A stretch of 64,000 nucleotides of DNA, taken from the NCBI GenBank assembly GCA_030704615.1, contig CM060731.1, positions 39,680,001-39,744,000 on the forward strand. The letters are read 5' to 3'. Shown here piece by piece: positions 11,781-23,769 of this stretch (position 1 is its first letter; every line of letters begins with the position of its first letter). The DNA is from Takakia lepidozioides. Taxonomy: Eukaryota; Plantae; Bryophyta. Both the position numbers and the translations under genes were made by a program. The notes under the pieces are model-generated. The model was not told the origin of the DNA and searched no databases. It saw nothing but the letters and a program-made list of their open reading frames with translations.

Positions 11781-12658
11781 TATGTCTTGTTATCTTCCCT
11801 GGGCCTAAAACTTCTTGTTAGTAGGTCCATCTGCAGTACCACATTGTAGGTACTAAGATATCTTACTTGCAAGTATACTTGAAGACGTGGTTCAGCTTCC
11901 ACACAGGCTTCTAACTTATATCCAGTTCCAGAATCCACACACACCTCGAGGACAAACAGGGCTTTTCAAGTGTGCCAATATCGTTGATTTACATTCAATG
12001 TCCACATAAATTTGGCTAGTGGATCTGTCTGGATCCCTGGATTTCTGCCAACTTGTTCACTTTGCTCCAGTTTTGCCCAGGCCTATTTTGGTGTCCCTGA
12101 ATACAAAGTTGCTGCCCTCCACCTGGATTGCTATTTGGACAAAATATTGGCTTGTGCTAGGTGTTTTCAAAACCTCTTTAAATGTAGACAAATATATCAG
12201 CTTCTACTCAAGGTTCAGACTCCAAGCCCATAGAGCAGCAATGAACATATCCGTGACTGCTGGTGTCAAGGTGCTGATAAGAAACCCTTCAAGAGAGGTT
12301 TTCATTTAACGGAAAATTTATGGTGATGCCTCCCAGAAACCCCTGCAAAAGGCTTAAACCAGAAACTGTGTAGAGGGTAGGGAGCCCGTCACCTTACCTC
12401 CTCTGTGGAGTCATAATTAACCTTCCAACCACCATCAATGTTGTACACTTCCTCTTCCCACCACCTTTCCCTTCTCTCTTTTCGTCTTCCCCTTGCTTTC
12501 TCTTCTGCGAGCTGAACCGTCCACACAGACACTCGTCACCACGTTTGACAGCTGAAATGGGCGGCTGTACTAAGTGTGGAAGGAATTTTGAAGGATAAGG
12601 AAAGTTCTAAGAAACGAGGATAGATTCCGGGCAAGGAAAAAGGGGAACGTACAACTGG

Positions 12659-12991
12659 GTGGGAAAAACGTCCAGCAGAGATGTCAATCCTGCCACTTCA
12701 AGCCATAGAAGTGTGGACATGTGGCCATCTGATGGTATTGCTCTGGCCCTCAGGTGTCGAGCTCCGCAGTTTATTTGTAAGAAGGTGGCAGAGGAAATAG
12801 TTGGCCCAGTTATTAAAAGTGATGAAAAGGTAAAGGAACAGATTGATCCGCTGAACCGACCAGGATTGCAAGCTCGTGGAGACATTCCTACTTCAACAAT
12901 CTTCAACAATCTATCCTACTATGTTGCGCAAAGTTCGCCAGGGGCATTGACAGTGTTTTTTGAGGATGATGATATGCTCACAATGCTCTAA
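12659..12991 (+). pseudogene. Fragment of a bifunctional nuclease (BFN/DUF151-like) domain gene
   Basis: SVDMWPSDGIALALRCRAPQFICKKVAE resembles the family motif D.RPSDAIALA.R..API. Upstream sequence is interrupted by stops. Confidence 0.55.
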
Positions 12992-13305
12992 GTTAGAGCG
13001 TTTTGTCTTGATAGTGCTTATATTGAGCTCCGGAGTCAGGCTGTACAGTGCTGTACATGTCAAAATCGATTGTGTATATGACTGTTTGATATTACAGATG
13101 TGGTCCAGTTAACTGGGTTTGCAGTCCTGGACATGGTTTCTGCGTGATAGATGGCAATGCTTGGATGGCAATGCTTGAGATTGAGTTCTACTTCTGGACA
13201 GATTTATCGTCCGTACTTTGCCATTTGGACTCCTGATTGCCCTTTTGTTTTTATACCCAATCAATACAACTGCAAACTTGTATCTGAATTGATCAAAGCA
13301 CTCAC

Positions 13306-13697
13306 CATGCGCGCCAGAATCCCTTTGGCTCCTTTCTTTCTGCCTCTCTGAGGGTTTTTGGTTTTCTGAGCACTGACACAAATACAATATAGATATATAT
13401 TGTATATTACAATTTGTAATTAAAAGGTAAAAGGTGGAGTGAAGCCTTTAGTTTGGACCACTGATTGTGCATGTAAGTAGCGCATTACATTGTGTTTTGG
13501 GGTGAGCTCTTTGTTCCAAGAACTGAAGCAAAGCTTTGCAGTTCATTTTGCAGGAAAGCCCAACAGCTGTTCCTTATTGGCAGACGTCACTTGACAATTT
13601 ATGATGGCAGGAATGGACTGAATGATCAACTCCTGTATATGCCTCCAAGGGGCCTATTTGTAATGGTACCTGATCTGCAACTTACTGTACTGGTATA
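13306..13697 (+). repeat. ~390-bp segment duplicated in inverted orientation at about 20097-20481
   Basis: ORF-track translations are near-identical (MFWGELFV.RTEAK...) on opposite strands. Both copies end in 27-bp satellite units. Confidence 0.85.
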
Positions 13698-13784
13698 GTC
13701 TAACCTCTTTAATATGACACCTAGAGGAAACGGAAAAAATGTCATAATATGGAGGTGTCACATAATCGATAATATAACAAATGG

Positions 13785-16700
13785 GACATGGCCTTTCAAG
13801 CGTTATTGAAAGACCTTCGCTGCCTAGAAAGTTGACGTCGAGATCACAATTCATCTTCCAGTTTTCTCTTTCTCTTGGGCTCTTTTCTAGGAGAGTTTTG
13901 GAGTTTCAAGAGAGGCAATGCCCTTACAGTGCGACGTACGTGAATCACAACTACTAAATCCCAAGCTTCAGGACTGCTGAGTTGTCTGCCACAATCACAA
14001 CTGAACTGCAGCTGCACTAATACAGATATATAGCACCCACTCCAGTACACCTGAAAAGCTATGCATAAATCAGCTATATATTCAAGGTCTGCATGCTGAT
14101 TCCCAACTCCCAGCACTCGGGACTTTCAAGCATACACGGGCGTACATACAAGGTCGAGCAAGATACATTCTGTGGTTAATGAAAATCTAGGTACACATGT
14201 TCAGTTTGGACGGATTTCGCAATCAATTTCTTCATGAGACTTGCTGGAGACTTGTACCCCAAAATTTGTTTGGGAACACTTGTAAAGTCAGAATTCAAAT
14301 CTCAACAGGTCACAAGTGCAGCGCATCATGAATGGTGAAGGCACAACTAATTTAGACTACCTTGCCCAGTTGCACCCATCATGTACGACGAGGGTGTGTA
14401 GCTGTACTTCTGTTCTCGTAGTGCTCCATGGTAACACCCAAAAAAGTCATGGACAAACCTGTTAGGTGCCAAGAACGAGGATAGAAGGAACCAGTTCTGA
14501 AAGGATGCTGCGGCAACTGCTATAGTTCCGGTTTGTTTGGGTGAACCGACAGTTGCAGGTTGAGGCGAGCAAGCTTGTGAGCATGAAGGCGATTGAAGGC
14601 TAGGGATTTTCAAGATGTCAAGTACAGAGCAGCGTGAAATGGAAAAGATAGCCGTGAGGCTGGTGGCTGGTTTTGGGCAGATTTGAATCTAGATGACGTT
14701 CACTGCGATGGTGGGGTGGACCGGTAGAGTTACTCGGTAACGTGCACTTGTAATTAGTTTGCTAGTGCTATAGATCTTAGCTAGTTTTACTGTTGCTAGG
14801 AACCAGGCCGTGGGGCCCTCATATGTAGAGGACAAAGTTATGTGAAATCTTGTCAATAGAGCTTCAGAGCAAAAGCACTTTGAATTGGCTGGATTTCTGT
14901 TGCGTGATGAAAGACGAGTCAGCCAAAGTGTGCAGGGTGATTTAAGGTCATGGCCTTAGTATGTTTAGTGTCTTTGGGTTCCACACATCTTGATCAAGGA
15001 TTCAGATTGATACAAAGTGTCTAATCCATTAAAATCACCAAACTGAGTGCCACTTTATTATGAATCTCGGTAGAAGACTTAAGTATGTCATATGATGTCA
15101 AGATTGGCATACAGAAGTCTTGAGCACACTCTTCAAAGCAGACCCTCACTATATGCTATAATCCCTGTCACAGCATATTAAGAAGGATAGACAGATAACA
15201 GAGATTCATGGCAACAGAAGGTAGACTACTGTCATAGGCAGTCAATCACTGCATGCATGTACGTGAAGCTACATGAAGAGGGGAGTAACCTCAAGAAGAC
15301 ATTCTCAGACGATATTCTGATCCACACTCTGGAGTAGGTGCTCTTCGGATTTGCAGGCGGCAATGGGGATTTTGATTCCAAAAGCACGAGCTGCAGCGGC
15401 CGCGCGAGCTGATGAGAATTTGGCCGTGTCAATTATCACCTTCCCATCTGACCGGATCTCGATCTTGTCGTACACAGTCGCGGCAGATCCCGACGGGGAC
15501 GAAAAGGTCAGCCCGTTTTTGGCATTTATACTGATGGTTACCCAAGTATCCCTCGACGAATTCATGTCATCTTCCGACTCCAGCATGTACCGCTTGAACC
15601 CGCAAGTCGCCTCGTCACTCAGGAGAGCCTTCGAGATGACATCTGCGGCGATCGCAGCACCTGCAGCCGCGGCTGGGGACGCTGCGCACCCGGCGACTGG
15701 AGGGAGTCCGCAAGCAGCAACCCCTGCAATGGCGGCTGCGGCAGCGGCGATCGCTTTGGGGCCTAATTTCTCAATCTGGTCGATGAGGCACCTGAAGTTA
15801 GTGGGGTCGGTCTGGTAGATGGCCTTGTCATCGGCAAACACCCATGTCACGTACCACCAGTCAACGCCAGTTGTTCCGAAGCCCGTATGATAGTCGACAA
15901 GCATTTGGCCGCCGGCATCGTCTGTCTCCCCATTGCTGAGGCCTTTGGTGAACTTGAGCTGGTGCTTGTAGACGCTGCTGTATTTGTGCGCCACGTAGAT
16001 GCTACTGGGTTGGATATTTCTTCCGCTGTTGTTGACAATGCGAACGCGAGCCTTGCGTTGAGTGAGGGCCTCTGTGCTGGCCAGAAGGGAAAAGCACAGG
16101 ACGGCAAGCAGGATGGAAGACTTCATCATGAAACTTGGTCGGACAATGACGCTGAATTTCTGCAATGGTTGCAAAGACAGTCAGAACAGCGTGAATCATA
16201 TTATGGTGTGCAGGAGCTGGCAAGGGGGTCCCTGGTTTTCATGCTATCCAGTACAATCAGAGTACAAGTAGGTACCTGCCTTGTGTCTGCATGGAGTCAA
16301 GTCCGCAGCACATCAGATCTCGCTAGCAATTATTTGTGGGACCTACTGGGGCTTCTGATAGAGTACTTAGCAGGCAGATATAGATTTACTAGTCTAATAA
16401 TTTCGAAACTCATTAGTAAGAAAGACATCGTCTAATAATCCAAAAAGCCACAGGAGAGCCACAAGACTCAAGTGATGATCATCAACTGCACATATTTCAT
16501 ACATTCCATTTGAAGAGATGCAGGGGGATGTGCAATGACTTCTTGCCATTCAGACTCGTGATCAGATGTGAGTAGTGATGCAGCTCAAGGGATCACAACT
16601 GATGTCGATCATAAGTTCATGTACTGGGTATAATCGTCACTGCAGGCCGGCAAGAGCAAGTTGAAGCAATATGCGGACCTAGACTACTCATGCAGTCAGG

Positions 16701-17203
16701 TGGCTCACCATGGACAGGTGAATTGGAGCCGTGGGCGTTCAAGGCAAACTGAGGTCCGTGTCACACTCGGCCCAAACACGCAGAAGTGGAGGTCGAGACG
16801 TGGTGATGGAAATGAACGAGGGAGCTCACAGATTTATAGTGTGGTCATCAAACCTGGGTGTACTACAAGCATCATTTTCGTAATCAAACATGTGCAAAGC
16901 GTGATATGCATGGGCAGATGGATAAAACTGAGCATAATCCACTTGTCAGCCGATCAGTACGTACAATTAGACCGACTTCATGAATGCTTGGACGTGTTCA
17001 AGCTGATGCTGCATGGCGATGATTGGTCTAACTTACAAGTCTTGAAGCAAGTTCTACACGAGATGCAGAGCTCGATCTGATCAGTTTGAGTTTAGATATG
17101 TTTTAACGTTTTAACACACACAAACAAAGCATGTGTTCATACAGAAATGGGCTGAATATAATACCCTCTGTTGATGCACTCATTGGCCTGGCAAGTCAGG
17201 ACC
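13785..17203 (-). repeat. Left arm of a large inverted repeat (partner 23770-26688)
   Basis: Continuous inverted similarity, e.g. ORF 13844-14116(-) versus 26321-26572(+), and the PUD gene with its promoter. This arm has an extra ~450 bp at about 14460-14915. Confidence 0.85.
15305..16129 (-). CDS. Secreted PUD1_2-like protein, copy 2, 274 aa, intronless
   Basis: ATG at 16129 with an intact signal peptide (MMKSSILLAVLCFSLLASTEA). About 90% identical to copy 1 by eye. Confidence 0.8.
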   Translation of the reverse strand: MMKSSILLAVLCFSLLASTEALTQRKARVRIVNNSGRNIQPSSIYVAHKYSSVYKHQLKFTKGLSNGETDDAGGQMLVDYHTGFGTTGVDWWYVTWVFADDKAIYQTDPTNFRCLIDQIEKLGPKAIAAAAAAIAGVAACGLPPVAGCAASPAAAAGAAIAADVISKALLSDEATCGFKRYMLESEDDMNSSRDTWVTISINAKNGLTFSSPSGSAATVYDKIEIRSDGKVIIDTAKFSSARAAAAARAFGIKIPIAACKSEEHLLQSVDQNIV

Positions 17204-17837
17204 TGCAGCGGATATGCTGCAGCATCCGAATAACTTAGCACACATAACTAGAAATTCAAAACAAAGCGGCAGGGATCCCTGGACACCATCTCTCCCCCCT
17301 CTCTCGCTTTCTTTCAGCGCAGGCACTGCCCCCTGGTCTGGTACAGACAGATTTAGCACCAAACCTTATTAAGCTTACCCCTTGATAAACAGGGTTCCAT
17401 TCCCTTTCTTTTAAAAATAAGATAAAATAAAAAATGTTAGACTGCTGTCACTTTGACAACATCACTGCTGTGTTGGGCATCCCAACCACCTTTGCAACAT
17501 GAATGGAAAAGACTCGATTTTGAGTTTCTCCTTGTACTTTGGGTACTTTAATTTAAGTGTTGCTTCTACTTTGTACAAAGGCCTAGGGTAAAGTGGGAAG
17601 CATCCAGATTTCAACCTCGGTCGTCTGTCTGGCGATCCTATTATTTCCAGTGACTGAAATGAGCTTGATGAGCTTGCTGTTATGGTTTCACACCAGCGAG
17701 GATGTGGGTTTATGAGTTTTATATTCCACATGGAGATAGGGCAATGTCAGGATGTGGGTTTATGTATTCACATGGAGATAGGGCAATGTCTCCGAATGTG
17801 GTTGGGTGTTTGATAGTAACTCTAGATTTGCAAAAAC

Positions 17838-18160
17838 TAAAGTTGCCGATGGGGTACCAGTACAGTAAGATCGGGTACCCTTACACTAATTAAGTTGCAG
17901 ATCGGGTACCAAATGTTACACTAATTAAGTTGCAGACCGGGTACCATTACACTAAGTTGTAGATGGGGTACCGTTACAGTAAGTTGCAGATGGGGTACCA
18001 TTACACTAAGTTGCAGATGGGGTACCATTACAGTGATACACGAAGTTGCAGACCTGTTGCAGATGGGGTACCATTACAGTGATTACACTACGTTGCATGG
18101 GGTACCATTACACTAAGTTGCCGATGGGTAGATCGGGTACCAGTACACTACGTTGCCCAT
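17838..18160 (-). repeat. 27-bp minisatellite, inverted relative to 22428-23225
   Basis: Repeats of AAGTTGCAGATGGGGTACCATTACACT, roughly 11 degenerate units. Confidence 0.9.
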
Positions 18161-19409
18161 GTATGGAATAGCAAAAAGATGAACGCAGGCCCGGGACATC
18201 GGTACAGGACTGAGTTAAAAATCATGGTTTTGGCCTGGAGCCCGGGCTAGCCTAGCTTCATGCCCTGGACAGCGGGGTAGGTGTGGGAACTTTGGGGAAC
18301 AATTTTAGAGCATTTGCGGTCAGCTACCCAGAAATGAACGGCCGAGATTTGATGTAGGATTTCGATGGTGACGATTTCGTCTCTCTCCTCTCCTCCGTGT
18401 CTCTTGCCTTGCCCAAGCTCTTGAATCTATGTAGCCGAGGATACATTCCTAAAAAGATTCTACAGCCTAGGCCCGGGCCCCTAGTCCCGGGCTACCTGCT
18501 TATATATACGTTCCGTATATCAATAAGTACATAACGTATTTTCCAAGTAGTTTTCGGACTGCTGCCCGGACAGGAAGCCGAGAACCCAAGCTAGGGTTTT
18601 TCGCAATGCAATGGAGGAGGAACTCTGATCAAATAAAACCTGCTCTCCAAGCTGTTGTGCCCGTACTATTCACCCAAAATGATATACGTACAGACAGTAA
18701 CTGCAAGGGGAACAGGCTCTTATATACACTAACGTCGGTTGGTGTCACCTCTATCTCTACATAGTTACACATCAACTGTCCAGCCCAGTGATTGCAGGTG
18801 ACAAGCGCCAATGGGCCATACTTCTGGGTTTGTTAGCCGGTGAAGGGCCTCCGCTAGCAGTTTCCACAGGCCCATCAGGGCTTGTTCCCGTAATTAAGCT
18901 CCCAACTCGCTTCCTCAATGATGTTTGCTGAGCTGGGTGCACACGTTCGTCAGACCAAAATCATCGCTAGAGTCCTCATCAACACTCTGCCTTCCTCCTG
19001 CAACAAAAGAGAAGTAGCTGTCATAAACATAACATTGTCAAGAGGGATAATAGCAGACCTGAGCTCTTATCTCTCACATAGAGGGTCATAATATTCATTG
19101 AGAGTATTAAATCCTGTATTTTTGGTTTCTCTAGCCTACATAATTGCAAGTAACCTGCTTGGCATTTATTTCTGAAATGAGTTCTTCCCATCGGTTGTCA
19201 TTTTGGTGGTGGTACCATCCCAATCCATAATTGATCTATGTTGGCCAGCAAACGGCTAAGCTTCCCCAGTGCACTCAAGCTCAAGAAAGGTTACCTACTA
19301 CCCATAACTGCAGGTGAAGGTTAAAGGTTCGCATTGGAAATTTTCATTTTCAATTGGATGATAGATATTGCATCCATTTGCAAGTTTCTAATCTGGTCCA
19401 ATATAATAA

Positions 19410-19500
19410 CTGACTGGTGTTGACATAGCTCTAGCTAATAACAGCTCATGTATATACTTTGCCTGATTAAGCTTTAGGCCAAAATGATCTTCCAATGACA
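19410..19500 (-). mobile_element. Small Ty1/copia reverse transcriptase remnant
   Basis: Minus-strand translation EDHFGLKLNQAKYIHELL...MSTPV resembles the copia RT motif GL.LSQ.KYI.DLL...STP. Confidence 0.4.
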
Positions 19501-20480
19501 TGACATGATAGAAGCTGGGTCTACACCTGGAAAGCTAATATGCAATTTCTCCATAACACAGAACCAGTACATCCAAGAGAACAGTGAGAGCAGTTGCTGA
19601 CATGATTGAGATATACAAGCTCCTCAGGTCTCATTCGACCTACCAAGATATTGTAGTGGTCTGTCATCATTGTAATCAGGCCAGCACCCGAAGCAGTGCC
19701 CTCTGGAAGAGATAAAAATGCCTACACACAGCATGAGAACCGAGGAAGTGAGAAACAGCGCCGGTCCAGAATCCTTCAATTCTGGCTGAAACCTGAATGG
19801 ACACGCTCTGAGGTTCCTGCCACTTTTCTATGAACCCTGAAATATTTCTCCAGCAAATGTCTCTTTCGTAAAGCAGTACATTTCATGGATCTTCAACCGC
19901 TCATGACTTGAATGCCAATTGTGACAGGTGCTGCGCTATGACAGCGCTATGACGTTATACCGGGAGTGTAATGTACTCCTCAAAATATAATGTACTCCCC
20001 AAAATATAAGGTACTTATGTACTTACCCTAAAATTTGTCCAGATAAGCGTACTCAAACTAGGAAGAAAGTGATGAGGTTCTTTACGTTGCAGATCGGGTA
20101 CCAGTACAGTAAGTTGCGGATCAGGTACCATTACAAATAGGCCCCTTGGAGGCATATACAGGAGTTGATCATTCAGTCCATTCCTGTCATCATAAATTGT
20201 CAAGTGAAGTCTGCCAATAAGGAACAGCTGTTGGGCTTTCCTGCAAAATGAACTGCAAAGCTTTGCTTCAGTTCTTGAAACAAAGAGCTCACCCCAAAAC
20301 ACAATGTAATGCGCTACTTACATGCACAATCAGTGGTCCAAACTAAAGGCTTCACTCCACCTTTTACCTTTTAATTACAAATTGTAATATACATATAGAT
20401 ATCTATATATGTTAGTGCTCATAGAACCAAAAACCCTCGGAGAACCAGAAAGAAAGGAGCAAAGGGATTTTGGCGCGCAT

Positions 20481-21510
20481 GAAATGAAATGAAATGAAAT
20501 GAAATGGTGCTTTATAACGTCCGCGGCGGGGAAAGCTCATAGAGCTTATGGGACAAAATGGAAAGAAAAACATGAGAGAAAACAAGAAACCAGTGTCAGA
20601 GAAAAGAACTACTGTTCGAGTGGTTGTCTAGGGGTGAATGCCTCGTGTAGGTAGGCTGCCAAGCATTTCTGATCTTCATATTGAAAGACTTCAGTGAGAG
20701 ATTGGGTTCCACGGAATAGACAATGGAATCTCCCACGGATCTCATAGTATAGAGGGCAATAGAAGAAGAAGTGTTCTTCAGTATCAATTTCCTGGTTGCG
20801 CCCTGTGCAATCTAGACAGTGGCGGTCCTCCCGCTGCAGGTTTTCTCATCTGCCAGTCTCTATCCGTAGGTTGTGGGAGCCCACCCTGGACCGTCCCAAA
20901 GTCCTCAGGAGAGAAGGAGATAAAGAGGCCGAAAGGTAATTTGGCCGCAAGATTCTATCATCTCGGAGAACCAAGAATGTTTCTCGATAGAAATGGATCT
21001 TTGTCGTGAGGTTGGGTAACTTCCGAGTTCTTCTAACATGTAGCTCCATGAGCTCATTTCTAATGAGTTGGTTGCGGTCATGCTTGGATGTGATGTCCAC
21101 CTCTTCTGGGTTCACCGGCAATAGTGAAACAGTAGAGAGTACATGGCGTTCAAAAAAAGGAACCACATGGGCATACTAGGATTGTTTGAAACCTGCATTT
21201 TTTAGTCTAATAAATGTCGCAAGGGCCCTGGTCACAAGCCCCTTGGGAGGAAGGGCTTGTAACCTATGCAGGAAAATTGTAAGCTGGAAGAGGGCCTCAG
21301 TTTGAAGTGGCACGCAGGCGAATTCTGCATTCAGAGGGAGGGAGTTGCGAGGGAGTTGTGCCTCTGGCGCCAAGCATTGCTTGGAGGAAAGATGAGTGCA
21401 ATGGTTCCAGATTCTTTTCCCACCAAGAAACTGGGACCGCAGATGCCCAGAATTCACAACCAAAAGTGGCATTTGAGTGGACCACGCTATCAAACAGCCA
21501 TGGTTACCTG
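20481..21510 (-). mobile_element. 5'-truncated non-LTR retrotransposon (RTE/RTEX-like) with a (CATTT)n tail
   Basis: C-terminal LINE motifs FGCEFW, YLSASLSPSLLRTLGRSRVGSHNLRIETGR, C..C...DTEEHFFFYCPLY. GAAAT x5 tail at 20481-20505. Confidence 0.75.
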
Positions 21511-21905
21511 GCCCCTTCACAGTGGACATGTCCCGGGATCCATCTTCGATGTTGACCTTCCCACATCTAAATTATGTCTGCTCTTCCACAATTCCCTTTT
21601 CTTCTTTCTCTTTTTCTTCTTTCTTTTGAGCTACCTGTACAGCATGAATGAGAAGAGGCCTTCTTTAGCCGGGCTTGTCATGTCATATTGTAGCTGATCT
21701 CACGCAAAAACAACTGATCAAACTGTTATCAGAATTTAACACATGCAGTTGTCCACCAACACCATGTGTATTATGCGGGAGCTTCGAGGTGCTGGCTTGC
21801 CCTTTCGTGGTGGCCCAGTGCTTGGGGCACAAGGCATTGCATCCACGCTTTCCTGTACAAGCATCGACGAGCGTTTGTGAGAGATTTCGAGTGTGATTCT
21901 TCTCC
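21505..21905 (-). repeat. Segment duplicated in inverted orientation at about 26765-27050 and 27390-27548
   Basis: Shared translations LEISHKRSSMLV and LTQKQLIKLLSEF, and the shared sequence 'catgtcccgggatccat'. Confidence 0.75.
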
Positions 21906-22427
21906 ACTCGGTTTGTTTTTCAATCACGATAAGAGGTCGCATTATCGAATAATACCTAAAGATCACTAAATTGACAAGCTAAACTTCTATGTTTGAGAAA
22001 GAAAAGTGTCCAAGGTTGTTTGTTGTTGCCTACTAAGATTGGCAACAGTCATTTTGTTGAGTTTCCAGTTTATAACATCAGCAACATTAAAAGTTTGAGG
22101 GTTATCAAGTATGAAATGAGACAACATCTCCGCATGGTGTGACACGTGGTGGCTGCTCATCTACGTCACTTGGATCCACATTAAGGTCAAAATCATGAAG
22201 ACAAAAAAAAACCCTAAAAACCCTCCACCTGAAAACGGTAAAGGGACAAGAGAACACCCAAAACATTTGATCTCATGTTCCTTATGTATGTTCCCAATGT
22301 CCCAAGCCCAAAGGTTGGTGGGTCCCACCACATTAAAATAGTATAAACCTCCTTAATATGACAAAGTAGGGGTCTTGGAGTGTCATAATAAGGTCACATA
22401 ATCGAGAGTTATATTAGGTTATACTGT

Positions 22428-23225
22428 ACCCCATCGGCAACTTAGTGTAATGGTGCCCGATCTGCAACTTAGTGTAATGGTGCCCGATCTGCAACTTAGT
22501 GTAATGGTGCCCGATCTGCAACTTAGTGTAATGGTGCCCGATTGCAACTTAGTGTAATGGTGCCCGATCCAACTGCTGCCCTGGTGCCCCATCTGCAACT
22601 TAGGTGTAATGGTGCCCGATCTGCAACTTGTAATGGTGCCCGATCTGCAACTTACTGTAATGCCCGATGGTGTAATCCCGATCTGGCAACTGCAACTTAC
22701 TGTAATGGTGCCCGATCTGCACTTAGTGTTGGTCCCGATCTGAACTTAATGTAATGGTGCCCGATCTGCAACTTACTGTAATGGTGCCCATCGGCAACTT
22801 ACTGTAGGTGCCCGATCTGCAACTTAAGTGTAATGGTGCCCGATCTGCAACTTAGTGTAATGGTGCCCGATCTGCAACTTAGTGTAATGGTGCCCGATCT
22901 GCAACTTACTGTAAGGGTGCCCCATCTGCCACTTACTGTAACGGTTCCCGATCTGCAACTTACTGTAACGGTACCGATCTGCACTTACTGTAAGGGTACC
23001 CGATCTGCAACTTACTGTAAACCCGATCTGCAACTTACTGTAATGGTACCCGCAACTTACTGGTACTTACCCATTTGCAACTTACTGTAATGGTACCCGA
23101 TCTGCAACTTACTGTATGGTACAAAACTTACTGTAATGGTACCCGATCTGCAAATATAAGTGTAATGGTACCCGCTCTGCACCGTAGTGTACTGGTACCC
23201 CATCTGCAACTTACTGTAATGGTAC
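22428..23225 (+). repeat. 27-bp minisatellite array (AGTGTAATGGTGCCCGATCTGCAACTT), about 29 units
   Basis: Directly visible tandem. It produces the spurious VPDLQLSVM repeat ORF. Confidence 0.95.
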
Positions 23226-23229
23226 GGTG

Positions 23230-23769
23230 AACCACGGCAACTTTAGTTTTTATGTAGAGTTATCACCATCGTTGGACTGGTATATATGTGAAGGACTGCT
23301 ATATGTACTGGTATATGCAATGGTATTAGATACCAGACCAGTCTGGTATCATTTGGGAGAATACTTGGTCATATACCAGACCAGGCTGGTATCAGTTGTT
23401 CATACCAGCCACAATACCAGTACTCCCCTACCGTCTTCCGAAAGTCATTTATTCTGGTATGTGTACTATACCCGTACTATACTAGATTATGCCTACATAC
23501 TTGTACTTATGTATACTTACTTCTTTATGTGTATTGTATCTGTTTTCACTTGATACAGTTTGCTATTTGATAAACTTGTAATTCAAAATGGCTTTGAAAT
23601 GATACCAGAGTTGATATCTCATAGCAACTGGTACTGTGGTCATGATACTCATATTCATTCCAGTATCTGGAAAAAATACATCCACCATTAGACCAGACCG
23701 GTGTGAAAGTTTTGTGATACGTCTCGTACCAGTCTGGTATGTCCTAAACCTAATACCAGGACAACACTG
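23230..23769. mobile_element. Probable truncated hAT MITE (right end only)
   Basis: Ends in CAACACTG at 23762-23769, the same TIR terminus as the 10531 element, exactly where similarity to the PUD promoter unit begins. ATACCAG/CTGGTAT subterminal repeats. Left TIR not found. Confidence 0.55.

Noticed and set aside
22339-22430. Tiny Tc1/mariner-like MITE (TAGTATAAACCT...AGGTTATACTGTA), with a similar stub at about 13696-13775
   Set aside because: TIRs are too short and degenerate to support a call.
22428-23225. Possible CRISPR array or repeat protein (VPDLQLSVM)n
   Set aside because: Units are head-to-tail with no unique spacers, there are no cas genes, the context is eukaryotic, and frequent indels break the frame.
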